A DNA stretch of 63,513 bases, the filler included, from Thermodesulfobacteriota bacterium (lineage in GTDB: Bacteria > DASVDK01), in assembly GCA_036381125.1 (NCBI GenBank). It is 8 parts of 8 records of this genome, joined end to end, with 100 filler letters (N's around TTAATTAATTAA, not from the genome) between each part and the next. Parts side by side here need not be neighbours in the genome. Positions count along the whole stretch, not along the records: positions 16,645 to 29,401 come from DASVDK010000290.1; positions 29,502 to 39,043 come from DASVDK010000295.1; 6 more parts are not named here. One strand, written 5' to 3'. Both the position numbers and the translations under genes were made by a program. Numbering within the stretch: the first letter of the stretch is position 1; the number at the start of each line of letters is the position of its first letter. A model generated the notes under the pieces. That model was not told where the DNA came from and did no database searches. It was given only the letters and a program-made list of their open reading frames with translations. Below are positions 26,968 through 36,182 of the stretch, one piece after another.

Positions 26968-28392
26968 ATGAGCGTGGTCGACGTGCGGATGCTGATCGGC
27001 GGAGCCTGGCGGTCCGGGGGGGACCCCTTCGAGGTGCGCGATCCCTACCGCGGCGAGCTGGTCTCACGCGCGCCGACCGCCTCCGCGGCCGAGGTGGACG
27101 AGGCGGTCGCCGCGGCGGCCGCGGCCGCGCCGCGCGTGGCGGCCATGGCCACGGCCGAGCGCCAGGCGGTGCTCGCCCGCGCGGCGAGCCTCGTGCGCGA
27201 GCGGCGCGACGACCTCGCGCGGACGATCGCCCGCGAGACCGGCAAGTCGCTCAAGGACAGCCTCGCGGAGATCGACCGTTCGGTCGGGACCCTCCAGGTC
27301 TCGGGCGAGGAGGCCAAGCGGGTCGAGGGGCGGCACGTCCCGCTCGGCGGCGCCGCGCTCGGCGAGGGGAAGGTGGCGGTGATGCTCCGCTTCCCGGTCG
27401 GGGTCGTCGCGGCCATCACCCCCTTCAACGCCCCCTTCAACCTGATGTGTCACAAGGTCGGGCCGGCCTTCGCGGCCGGCAACGCGACGGTCCTCAAGCC
27501 GCCGCCCCAGTGCCCCCTGGTCGCGATGCGCCTGGCCGAGATCATGGTCGAGGCCGGCCTGCCGGCCGGCGCCCTCAACGTCGTCTACGGCGGCGCCGCG
27601 GTCGGCGAGCGGCTCGTCGACGATCCGCGCGTCGACTTCATCACGTTCACCGGCAGCACCCGCGCCGGCGCGGCGATCCGCGCCCGCGCGGGCTTGCGGC
27701 GCGTCGCCCTCGAGCTGGGGGGCACCGGGCCCACCATCGTCCACGCCGACGCCGACGTGCGGACGGCCGCCGTCACCTGCGCCCGCAACGCCTTCCGTCT
27801 CGCCGGCCAGAGCTGCATCTCGGTGCAGCGGGTCTACGTGCACGAGTCGGTCGTCGCGCGCTTCACGGACGAGCTGCTCGCCTTCGTGCCGACCCTGGTC
27901 GTGGGCGACCCGCTCGACCCGGCGACCGACATCGGCACGCTCATCGACGAGGCGGCCGCAGCGCGGGTCGAGAGCTGGGTGCGCGAGGCGGTTGCCGGCG
28001 GCGCACGGGTCCTCTGCGGCGGGACGCGCCGCGGCGCGCAGCTCGCGCCGACGGTCGTCGCCGACGTCACGCCCGACATGAGGCTCGTCTGCGAGGAGGT
28101 CTTCGGACCGGTCATGTCGATCCTGCCCTATCGCTCGCTCGACGACGCGATCCGGCAGGTGAACGACTCGCCCTTCGGCCTCCAGTGCGGCGTCTTCAGC
28201 GCGTCGCTCGAGGTGGCGTTCCGCGTGATCCGGGAGGTGCGGGCGGGCGGCATCATCGTGAACGGCTCGTCCACCTGGCGCGTCGACCACATGCCCTACG
28301 GCGGCGTGAAGCAGAGCGGCATCGGCCGCGAGGGGCCGCGCTACGCCATCGAGGAGATGACCGAGGAGCGGCTCGTCGTCTTCAACCTGTAA
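26968..28392 (+). CDS. aldehyde dehydrogenase family protein
   Basis: ITPFNAP, FTGS, LELGG, AGQSCIS, EEVFGPV, PYGGVKQSGIGREG. Confidence 0.95.
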   Translation: MSVVDVRMLIGGAWRSGGDPFEVRDPYRGELVSRAPTASAAEVDEAVAAAAAAAPRVAAMATAERQAVLARAASLVRERRDDLARTIARETGKSLKDSLAEIDRSVGTLQVSGEEAKRVEGRHVPLGGAALGEGKVAVMLRFPVGVVAAITPFNAPFNLMCHKVGPAFAAGNATVLKPPPQCPLVAMRLAEIMVEAGLPAGALNVVYGGAAVGERLVDDPRVDFITFTGSTRAGAAIRARAGLRRVALELGGTGPTIVHADADVRTAAVTCARNAFRLAGQSCISVQRVYVHESVVARFTDELLAFVPTLVVGDPLDPATDIGTLIDEAAAARVESWVREAVAGGARVLCGGTRRGAQLAPTVVADVTPDMRLVCEEVFGPVMSILPYRSLDDAIRQVNDSPFGLQCGVFSASLEVAFRVIREVRAGGIIVNGSSTWRVDHMPYGGVKQSGIGREGPRYAIEEMTEERLVVFNL

Positions 28393-28407
28393 CCTGCGAG
28401 GTCGGCC

Positions 28408-28797
28408 ATGGGCGCCACCGTCGTCGTCATCGACCACGTACAGATCGGCGTGCCGCGCGCGGCCGAGGCGGAGGCGAAGCGCTTCTACGGCGAGGTGCTC
28501 GGCCTCGAGGAGATCCCGAAGCCCGAGCGGCTACGAGGGCGGGGGGGCGCCTGGTATCGGGTCGGGGCGGCGCAGCTCCACGTCTCCGTCGAGGACCTCG
28601 ATCCGTCCGCCACGCACGCAAGCCGCCGGCACGTCTGCTTCCGGGTGGCCGACCTCGCCGCGGCCGAGCGGGCCGCTCGCGCCGGCGGCCTCGAGATCAT
28701 CCCCGACGACCAGCCGGTGCCCGGCTGGCTCCGCTTCTACCTGCGCGACCCGGGCGGCAACCGGGTGGAGGTGGCGCAGGCCGTCTCGGCGGGGTGA
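28408..28797 (+). CDS. VOC/glyoxalase family protein
   Basis: IDHVQI, FYGEVLGL, HVCFRV, DPGGNRVEV. Confidence 0.9.
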   Translation: MGATVVVIDHVQIGVPRAAEAEAKRFYGEVLGLEEIPKPERLRGRGGAWYRVGAAQLHVSVEDLDPSATHASRRHVCFRVADLAAAERAARAGGLEIIPDDQPVPGWLRFYLRDPGGNRVEVAQAVSAG

Positions 28798-28864
28798 CGC
28801 TCGGTCCCCATGGCGCCGCCGCCGTGGCCACGCCGCGCACCTGGCTGCCGGCGTGCCCGGCAGG

Positions 28865-28993
28865 CTCGGGATCCCGAGTACGACGGCGGCCAGGGGCAGC
28901 AGCCCGAGGCCGGAGCGCCGCCCATGGGCGGCGCTCCGTATCGGAGCACGGGACCCCTGGCAGGCGGGTTGTGCGAGCCGCCCCGAAGGGGCG
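28865..28993. repeat. cluster of palindromes between convergent genes
   Basis: CTCGGGATCCCGAG (28865-28878); 28-bp perfect palindrome at 28911-28938; GCCCCGAAGGGGC. Confidence 0.65.
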
Positions 28994-28994
28994 C

Positions 28995-29399
28995 TCAGCG
29001 CGTGCCGGACGCGGCCGGTGGGGCAGGCTCGCCCGCGCGCAGCAGCCAGTAGGGCACGTCCGGCCGCGGGTCGGGGACGAAGCCGTCGCGGTTCGGCATC
29101 CGGACCTGGGGGAGGCTCCCGGCGTCGATCACGTCGCTCTCGCCCACGATCCCGTTGAGGAAGAGGACGTACGCGGTGACCGCGTAGGCCTGGTCGGCGG
29201 TGAGCGAGCCCGGGGCGGTGAGCGGCATCGCGCGCCGGATGTAGTCGAAGACGGTCGTGGCGTAGGGCCAGTAGCTGCCGACGGTCTTGACCGGCGAGTC
29301 GCCGGCGAGGCTCCCCTGGCCGCCGGCAAGCCGGTCCATGGGGCCTTCGGTGCCCGACGGCCCGTGACAGACGACGCACTGCTGCTGGAAGATCGCCTT
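28995..29399 (-). CDS. c-type cytochrome (SoxD-like), 5' truncated
   Basis: CVVCH heme motif; KTVGSYWPYATTVFDYIRRAMP, MPNRDGF. Confidence 0.85.
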   Translation of the reverse strand, partial: KAIFQQQCVVCHGPSGTEGPMDRLAGGQGSLAGDSPVKTVGSYWPYATTVFDYIRRAMPLTAPGSLTADQAYAVTAYVLFLNGIVGESDVIDAGSLPQVRMPNRDGFVPDPRPDVPYWLLRAGEPAPPAASGTR

Positions 29400-29501
29400 C
29401 CNNNNNNNNNNNNNNNNNNNNNNNNNNNNNNNNNNNNNNNNNNNNTTAATTAATTAANNNNNNNNNNNNNNNNNNNNNNNNNNNNNNNNNNNNNNNNNNN
29501 N

Positions 29502-29593
29502 TTTCCAGGGGGTCAGGTCTTTCCATTTTCCAGACGCGGCCCCTGGGGTCAGGTCTTTCCATTTTCCAGGGGGTCAGGTCTTTCCATTTTCCA
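29502..29593. repeat. three more copies of the 24-bp repeat (GGGGTCAGGTCTTTCCATTTTCCA) at a contig end
   Basis: Exact copies at 29509-29532, 29545-29568 and 29570-29593, plus a partial copy at the break. Confidence 0.92.
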
Positions 29594-29729
29594 GACGGGC
29601 AGACGTCGGGGTCTGACGCCACTCGTCCCCCCGGAACCGGCACCCGTCCTCCCGTGGCGCCGAAGGACAGGCGTCACGGCGATCGGGCCGCGGCCCGGCC
29701 CCGCTTCGCGCGGCGCAGCCCGCTACGTG

Positions 29730-30824
29730 CTAGCGCCGGCCGGCCCAGACGTGTCGCGGGACGAGGAGGTGCCCCTCGAAGATCCGCCGCGCGGTCCGCA
29801 GCAGGGCGGCGCGCTCGACGGTGGGGTGGTCGGGGTCGCCCGAAAGGGTCAGCTCGACCTCGATCCGCCCCGCCGGGTGCTCGACGCGGACGACGCGCTG
29901 CGTCCCCGACGCCGGCTCGGCGTAGTCGGCGGCAATCGAGCCGGGGAGGACGCACGCGGTTGCCAGGCAGACCGAGCCGGTGACCGCGTAGGCCTTGTGG
30001 CAGGCGAGCGGCGTGAAGTACCGGGAGGCGATCGTGCCCCCCTGGCGCGGCCGGGCGACCAGGCCGATCTTCGGGACGACCCGGCCGGTCACGTCGCCGA
30101 GCCCCATGAGGCGCCCGGCCTCGAGCCTGAGCTGCTCGAGCCGCGCCATGAGGGCGCGATCGCCGTCGAGATCGGCGGGCGACTCGTAGCCGGTCTTGCC
30201 GACCGACTCGGCGGCCAGGAGCATCATCGGCATCGCGTTGTCGATGCAGGAGACCGGCACGCCGTCGATCACGTCGCGCACCCGGCCGGTCGGCAGGAGC
30301 GACCCGGTCACCGACCCGACGGCGTCGAGAAAGGCGAGCTTGACCGGCGCCGCCGTGCCGGGCGCGCCGTCGATCGCCACGTCGCCGTCGTAGGTGACCC
30401 GGCCGCCCGGCGTCTGGACGACCGCCTCGACGAGGCTCTCGGTGTTGACGTTGTAGATGCGCAGCGTCGTCTCGGGGTCGCGGGCCGGCACCAGGCCCGC
30501 CTCGATGGCGAAGGGGCCGACGCCCGAGAGCATGTTCCCGCAGTTGGGGCTCGTGTCGACGAAGGCCCGGTCGATCGCGACCTGGGCGAAGAGGTAGTCG
30601 ACGTCGGCGCCCGGGCGCCGGGAGCGGCTCACGATGGCCACCTTGCTCGTGAGGGGGTTCGCCCCGCCGATCCCGTCGACCTGGAGCGGGTGGGGCGAGC
30701 CCATGGCGGCGAGCAGCACCCGGTCGCGCGTCGGCACGTCGTCGGGCAGGTCGGAGGCGAGGAAGTAGGGGCCGCGCGACGTCCCGCCGCGCATCAGCAC
30801 GCAAGGGATTCGGGTCTGGGTCAT
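29730..30824 (-). CDS. PrpF/4-oxalomesaconate tautomerase family isomerase
   Basis: MRGGTSRG, QVDGIGGANPLTSKVAIV, NCGNM, RTARRIFEG. Confidence 0.92.
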   Translation of the reverse strand: MTQTRIPCVLMRGGTSRGPYFLASDLPDDVPTRDRVLLAAMGSPHPLQVDGIGGANPLTSKVAIVSRSRRPGADVDYLFAQVAIDRAFVDTSPNCGNMLSGVGPFAIEAGLVPARDPETTLRIYNVNTESLVEAVVQTPGGRVTYDGDVAIDGAPGTAAPVKLAFLDAVGSVTGSLLPTGRVRDVIDGVPVSCIDNAMPMMLLAAESVGKTGYESPADLDGDRALMARLEQLRLEAGRLMGLGDVTGRVVPKIGLVARPRQGGTIASRYFTPLACHKAYAVTGSVCLATACVLPGSIAADYAEPASGTQRVVRVEHPAGRIEVELTLSGDPDHPTVERAALLRTARRIFEGHLLVPRHVWAGRR

Positions 30825-30829
30825 GGTCG

Positions 30830-31612
30830 TTAGGCTCCGCTCACCCGGTCGGGCTGCGCCCAGAAGACGACCCGACGCTGGATGGCACGCATGACGAGGT
30901 GCAGGGTGACGCCGATCGTCCCCAGGACGACCAGCACGGCGAACATCCCCGCGATGTCGAGGGTGAAGTTGAGCTGCTGGATCCGGTAGCCGAGGCCCAC
31001 CTGGGCCCCCACGAACTCGCCGACGATCGCGCCGAGCACCGAGAAGACGATGCCGATGTTGAGGCCGGCGAAGAGGAAGGGTAGCGCGTTGGGGACCTTC
31101 ACCTTCCAGAAGATCTGCCAGCGCGAGGCGCACATGGCCCGCAGGAGGTCCAGTTCCTGTTGTCGCGTGGCGCCGAGCCCCTGGATGACGTTCACGAGGA
31201 TGGGGAAGAAGACGATGACCGCCGAGACGACGACCTTGGAGGCGAGGCCGAAGCCGAACCAGATGACCAGGATGGGGGCGATGGCGATCTTGGGCACCGT
31301 CTGGATGCCGACCAGGTACGGGTAGACGGTCCGCTCGAGGAGCCGGAACTGCGCGATGAGGCCGCCCACCGCGATGGCCGAGAGGGCGCCGATGCCGAAG
31401 CCCGCGAGCGTCTCGAAGAGCGTCACCTTGATGTCGGTCCAGAAGCTCGGCAGCGACAGGAGACGCACCAGGGCGCCCGCCACCGCCGAGGGCGCCGGGA
31501 TGACGATGGGCGGGATGCCGAGCGCACGCACGAACAGCTCCCAGCCGCCTACCACGAGGACGAAGACGCCGGGGACCGTGTAGGTCTCGGGGTGCCTGAG
31601 CCAGTCGCGCAT
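30830..31612 (-). CDS. NitT/TauT ABC permease
   Basis: PKIAIAPILVIWFGFG, GAIVGEFVGA. Confidence 0.92.
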   Translation of the reverse strand: MRDWLRHPETYTVPGVFVLVVGGWELFVRALGIPPIVIPAPSAVAGALVRLLSLPSFWTDIKVTLFETLAGFGIGALSAIAVGGLIAQFRLLERTVYPYLVGIQTVPKIAIAPILVIWFGFGLASKVVVSAVIVFFPILVNVIQGLGATRQQELDLLRAMCASRWQIFWKVKVPNALPFLFAGLNIGIVFSVLGAIVGEFVGAQVGLGYRIQQLNFTLDIAGMFAVLVVLGTIGVTLHLVMRAIQRRVVFWAQPDRVSGA

Positions 31613-32376
31613 CAGTCGATCGATCCCTCCGCCTCGAACAGCGCCCGGATGCGGGCCGTCAACGCGCCGAACTCCGGGCTCCCCATGACGGCGAGGCCCC
31701 GCGGCCGGGGCAGCGGCACCCGGATCACGTCGACGATCCGCCCGGGCCGGGGAGACATGACGACCACGCGGTCGCCGAGGAAGACCGCCTCGGGGATCGA
31801 GTGGGTGATGAAGAAGACGGTCTTCTTCCGCTCCTCCCAGATCCGCAGCAGCTCCACGTTCATCCGCTCGCGCGTCATGGCGTCGAGCGCCCCGAACGGT
31901 TCGTCCATGAGGAGGATGCGCGGGTCGAGCACCAGGGCGCGCACGATGGCCGCCCGCTGCTGCATGCCGCCCGACAGCTCGTTCGGGTAGCGCCTCTCGA
32001 AGCCGGCGAGCCCGACCAGCGCGAGGAGGGCGAGGGCCCGCTCGCGATGGGCGGCGAGGTGCAGCTTCTGCACCTCGACCGGCAGGAGCACGTTCTCGAG
32101 AACCGTCCGCCAGGCGAGCAGCGTGGCGTCCTGGAAGACGATCCCGATGTCCTTGCGCGGCCCCTCCACCGGCTGCCCGGCCACGATCACCTCGCCGGCG
32201 CTCCTGGGGGAGAGGCCGGCCAGGATCTTGAGGAGCGTCGTCTTGCCGCAGCCGGACGGGCCGACGACCGAGAGGAACTCGCCGTCGGCCACCTCGAGCG
32301 AGACGCGGGCGAGGGCCTCGACCGTGCCGCCGTCGCGCGTCCGGTAGGTCTTCTCGAGCCCGTGGATGCGGATCAC
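31612..32376 (-). CDS. NitT/TauT ABC ATP-binding protein
   Basis: GPSGCGKTT, LSGGMQQR, MDEPFGALD. Confidence 0.95.
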   Translation of the reverse strand: MIRIHGLEKTYRTRDGGTVEALARVSLEVADGEFLSVVGPSGCGKTTLLKILAGLSPRSAGEVIVAGQPVEGPRKDIGIVFQDATLLAWRTVLENVLLPVEVQKLHLAAHRERALALLALVGLAGFERRYPNELSGGMQQRAAIVRALVLDPRILLMDEPFGALDAMTRERMNVELLRIWEERKKTVFFITHSIPEAVFLGDRVVVMSPRPGRIVDVIRVPLPRPRGLAVMGSPEFGALTARIRALFEAEGSID

Positions 32377-32378
32377 GC

Positions 32379-33431
32379 CTATTTCATGGCCCGGGCGCGG
32401 TCCTGGATCGCCTTCGCGTCGAACGATGCCGCCTCGCGGGGGAACCGGTCGTCGAAGTACTGCGCCACGTCGCCCCGCTGCGTCGTCATGCCGACGTCGA
32501 GCGCCATGTCCTGGATGCCGACCCACTCGTCGCGGACGAAGCGGCCGATCGGCTTCTGGTCGGTGTACGTGTAGTCGAGCCAGCCGAGGAGGGCGCCCAC
32601 GTCCACCGGGAGCTGCGTCTCCACGTTCGCCGGCCGCGACTGCGGGTGGACCTCGTAGAACATCCGCACCGCCGCCCGGGGGTTCGCCTTCGTGAAGACC
32701 AGCCCCTTCATCATCGCCCGGTTGAGGCCGATCACGACCTTCGGGTTCTTCTCCGCGAACTCGTCGGTCGTCGCCTGCACGAGGCTCGAGATCCGGTCCT
32801 CGAAGCCGGCGTGCATGTAGCGGAGCTTCGTGCCGGCCCCCTCGATGACCGCGTAGGCGCCGCCCCAGAGCCCGAGGGCGTCGACCTGCCGCGTCGTGAG
32901 GGCCGTGGCCGCACGGGCGCCGGTGCCGGCCGCGACCAGCTTCATGTCCTTGTCGACGTCGAAGCCCATCGCCCTGTAGACCTGCCGGACGTAGGGGACC
33001 GCGCCCGATGCGAGGCTCGGCACGCCGATGGTCTTGCCCTTGAGGTCGCGCGTGCTCCTGATCGGGCTATCGGGCAGCACGGCGATGCTGTACGGCCAGA
33101 CCCGCTGGAGGTTCAGGACGGCCTTCACCTTGACCCCCTTGTCGCGGGCGCCGATGAGGCTCGTCTTGTCGGAGTGGGCGAACTGCGCGGTGCCGGAGGC
33201 GAGCACCTGGAGCGCCGCCGCCGAGCCGGCGGCCCACTGGAACTCGACCTCGAGCCCCCCCTCGTCGAACCACCCCATCTTCAGCGGCACCGCCCAGAGC
33301 GGCACCTCCTCGGTCGGCGCCACCTGGGCGTGGGCGAAGACGACGACCACCTTCTGCTTGCCCTGCGCGAAGCCGGGGGTCGAGCCGGCCGCAAGGAGGG
33401 CGAGGGCGAGGACGGCAACTCTTGCGCGCAT
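32379..33431 (-). CDS. NMT1/THI5-like ABC substrate-binding protein
   Basis: Signal peptide; GWFDEGGLEVE, DLKGKTIGV. Confidence 0.85.
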   Translation of the reverse strand: MRARVAVLALALLAAGSTPGFAQGKQKVVVVFAHAQVAPTEEVPLWAVPLKMGWFDEGGLEVEFQWAAGSAAALQVLASGTAQFAHSDKTSLIGARDKGVKVKAVLNLQRVWPYSIAVLPDSPIRSTRDLKGKTIGVPSLASGAVPYVRQVYRAMGFDVDKDMKLVAAGTGARAATALTTRQVDALGLWGGAYAVIEGAGTKLRYMHAGFEDRISSLVQATTDEFAEKNPKVVIGLNRAMMKGLVFTKANPRAAVRMFYEVHPQSRPANVETQLPVDVGALLGWLDYTYTDQKPIGRFVRDEWVGIQDMALDVGMTTQRGDVAQYFDDRFPREAASFDAKAIQDRARAMK

Positions 33432-33496
33432 CGTGCGCCTCCGTCGGTGAGGTCGAGCCGTCGTTATATTAACCGATCGGGGAGGGGGTCGGCCGG

Positions 33497-34312
33497 TCAG
33501 TCCTCGAAGAGCGGCGCGCGGTCGAGGCCGTAGGCCCGACGCGCCGCCTCGACGAGCCGCTCGGGCGGTCGGCTGAAGGCGAAGCCCCGCCGGGTGACGG
33601 AGACGCCCGACTCGGCCCGCATCTCGGCGAGCGTTCGCGCGGTCTTGATCACGGCGGCCACCGGATCGACGACGGGCGCCTCGTCCACCCGGCACACGCC
33701 GTTCTGGAAGAGCACCTCGGCCATGATGGTCTGTCCGGGGAGGATCACCTCCGCGCCCTGACGCACGGCTTCACGCGCCGCGGCGAGGAAGGCGTCGACG
33801 AGCGGCCCGGGCCGCTCGAAGGCGTCGACCACGTCCCGGTAGTCGACCGTCATCGGCACCATCGCGGCGATGCGGCCCTCGAGCCCGGACCGATGGGCCG
33901 CCGCCCTGATGGGGTGGAAGATATCGGGGTTGAAGGCCACGACGCCGAACCGCTCGCCGAGCAGGCAGGCCAGGTGCATGGCCGATTCCCCGTACCCGGC
34001 GACCGGGATGTCGACGACCGACCGGGCGAGGGCGACGCCGATGTCCTGGATGATGGCGATGGCGACGGCGTCGTACCCTTCCCGCTCGGCGCGCCGGGCG
34101 GCCTCGACGACCTGCTGCTCGTGCAGGGCGGTGAGGTAGGCGTGGCGCGCCAGGTCGGCCGGGGAGGCGTCGGGCGTGTAGGTGCCCGGCCTGAGGCCGT
34201 GGACGACCACCTCGACGCCGGCGCCGGCCACCCGCGCGAGATGCCGCGCGAGCGCCTCGCCGTAGGCCGGCACCGTCTGCATCTCGATGAAGCCCTGATG
34301 CCAGATGCGCAC
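33497..34312 (-). CDS. Asp/Glu/hydantoin racemase family protein lacking the canonical cysteines
   Basis: MRIWHQ, AEREGYDAV, ARSVVDIPVAGYGESAMHLACLLGERF, GAEVILPG. Confidence 0.82.
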   Translation of the reverse strand: MRIWHQGFIEMQTVPAYGEALARHLARVAGAGVEVVVHGLRPGTYTPDASPADLARHAYLTALHEQQVVEAARRAEREGYDAVAIAIIQDIGVALARSVVDIPVAGYGESAMHLACLLGERFGVVAFNPDIFHPIRAAAHRSGLEGRIAAMVPMTVDYRDVVDAFERPGPLVDAFLAAAREAVRQGAEVILPGQTIMAEVLFQNGVCRVDEAPVVDPVAAVIKTARTLAEMRAESGVSVTRRGFAFSRPPERLVEAARRAYGLDRAPLFED

Positions 34313-34455
34313 CCCGAGAGCCTAGAGCCGCGGTGGGCGATCTTCAAGCGCCGCCTCGCGGGCCGAACGCCGTGGCGGGTCGGACCGGAAGACGTCGGCG
34401 CCCGCGTCCTCTACGATGGATGCGGCAGCGCCCCATCCGGGCACGGAGAGGGACG

Positions 34456-35316
34456 ATGGCGATCGACTACGAACGGCTCCTCGCGCTCCGCATCCCCGAC
34501 GCCGAGCATCGCTACACGGAACGGGACACGATTCTCTACGCCCTCGGCGTCGGGCTCGGTCACGACCCCGTGGACGAGGCGCAGCTCGCGTTCGTCTACG
34601 AGCCAGGGCTCCGGGTGCTGCCGACCATGGCGACGATCCTCGGCTATCCCGGCTTCTGGATGCGCGACCTCGACACGGGGATCGACTGGGTCAGGGTGGT
34701 CCATGGCGAGCAGGGGCTCGTGCTCCACCGCCCGCTGCCCGCGTCGGGGACGGTCGTCGGCAAGACACGGGTCGTCGACGTCGTCGACAAGGGGCCGGGC
34801 AAGGGCGCGCTCGTGTACGCCGAACGGAAGGTCTACGAGCCGGCGAGCGGGGAGCTGCTCGCGACGCTCACGCAGACGACCGTCTGTCGCGGCGACGGCG
34901 GGTTCGGCGGCCCGCCCCGCCCGACCCGGAGGCCGCACCCGATCCCCGAACGAGCCCCCGACCTCGCGTGCGATCTGCCGACCTCGCCGCAGGCCGCCCT
35001 CCTCTACCGGCTGAGCGGCGACCTGAACCCGCTCCACGCCGACCCGGCGGTGGCGCGCCGCGCCGGCTTCCCGCGGCCGATCCTCCACGGGCTCGCCACC
35101 TACGGCGTGGCGGGGCATGCGCTCCTCAGGACCGTGTGCGGCTACGACACGGGGCGCCTCGTCGCCATGGACGCCCGCTTCTCGGCCCCGGTCTTCCCCG
35201 GCGAGACCATCCGGACCGAGATCTGGCGCGACGGTGCACGCGTGAGCTTCCGCGCCCGCGTCGTCGAGCGCGACGTGGTCGTGCTCGACAACGGCCGGGC
35301 CGAGCTGAGGCGCTGA
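34456..35316 (+). CDS. MaoC-like double hot-dog (R)-specific enoyl-CoA hydratase
   Basis: LYALGVG, VVHGEQ, YRLSGDLNPLHADP, ILHGLAT. Confidence 0.92.
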   Translation: MAIDYERLLALRIPDAEHRYTERDTILYALGVGLGHDPVDEAQLAFVYEPGLRVLPTMATILGYPGFWMRDLDTGIDWVRVVHGEQGLVLHRPLPASGTVVGKTRVVDVVDKGPGKGALVYAERKVYEPASGELLATLTQTTVCRGDGGFGGPPRPTRRPHPIPERAPDLACDLPTSPQAALLYRLSGDLNPLHADPAVARRAGFPRPILHGLATYGVAGHALLRTVCGYDTGRLVAMDARFSAPVFPGETIRTEIWRDGARVSFRARVVERDVVVLDNGRAELRR

Positions 35317-35348
35317 GGCCGACCCCGATCGCGACCGTCTGACCGCTC

Positions 35349-36182
35349 TCAGGACCGACCGGGCGCCCCGGTGCCGCCCCGGGTCCTGGGGTCGAGCAGG
35401 TCGCGCAGGCCGTCGCCCAGGAGGTTGAAGCCGAGGACGGCCAGGGCGATGGCGAGCCCGGGGAAGAGGGTGGGCCAGGGGGAGAGGGCGAGGAAGGTCT
35501 GCGCCTCGCGCAGCATCCGCCCCCAGCTCGCCGCGGGCGGCTGCGTGCCGAGGCCGAGGTAGGAGAGGGCGGCCTCGGCGAGGATCGCCGTGGCGAGGGC
35601 CGCCGTGGCGAGCACGAGGAGCGGGGGGGCGAGGTTCGGCACGACGTGCCGCAGGACGAGGCGGGCGGGCGAGACGCCGAGGGCCCGCGCGCTCTCGACG
35701 TACTCCCGGCCGCGCTGCTCGACGGCGCTCGCCCGCGCGAGGCGGGCGAAGGCCGGCACCGAGGCGAGCCCGATGGCGAGCACCGCGGCGGTCCCGCCCG
35801 GCCCCATCACGGTCGCGAGGAGCAGCGCCAGGAGGACGGCCGGCAGCGCGGCCAGCGCCTCCACGGGGCGCATGAGGATCTCGTCGAGCCAGCCGCCGCG
35901 CCACCCGGCGGCGACGCCGACGAGCGCGCCGATGCCGAGGCCGATGGCGACCGCCGCGCCGCCGATCGCCACGGCGCTGCCGGCGCCGACCATGATGCGC
36001 GACAGGAGGTCGCGGCCGAAGTGGTCGGCCCCGAGCGGGTGGGCCGAGGAGGGGGGCGCGAGGCGCACGGCGAAGTCGGGCTGGTCGGGGTCGTAGGGGG
36101 TCCCCAGGCGGCCGGCCGCGGCCGCGAGGAGGATGACGCCGACGAGGGCGAGACCGCCGAGGAGCGCGAGCCGGCGGCTCAT
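35349..36182 (-). CDS. peptide/nickel ABC permease (DppC-like)
   Basis: HPLGADHFGRDLLSR, YVESARALG, LSYLGLG, NLLGDGLRDLLDPR. Confidence 0.93.
   Translation of the reverse strand: MSRRLALLGGLALVGVILLAAAAGRLGTPYDPDQPDFAVRLAPPSSAHPLGADHFGRDLLSRIMVGAGSAVAIGGAAVAIGLGIGALVGVAAGWRGGWLDEILMRPVEALAALPAVLLALLLATVMGPGGTAAVLAIGLASVPAFARLARASAVEQRGREYVESARALGVSPARLVLRHVVPNLAPPLLVLATAALATAILAEAALSYLGLGTQPPAASWGRMLREAQTFLALSPWPTLFPGLAIALAVLGFNLLGDGLRDLLDPRTRGGTGAPGRS

Noticed and set aside
29502-29593. 24-bp repeats as a CRISPR array
   Set aside because: Spacers are only 1-12 bp, copies occur inverted elsewhere, and no cas genes are present.
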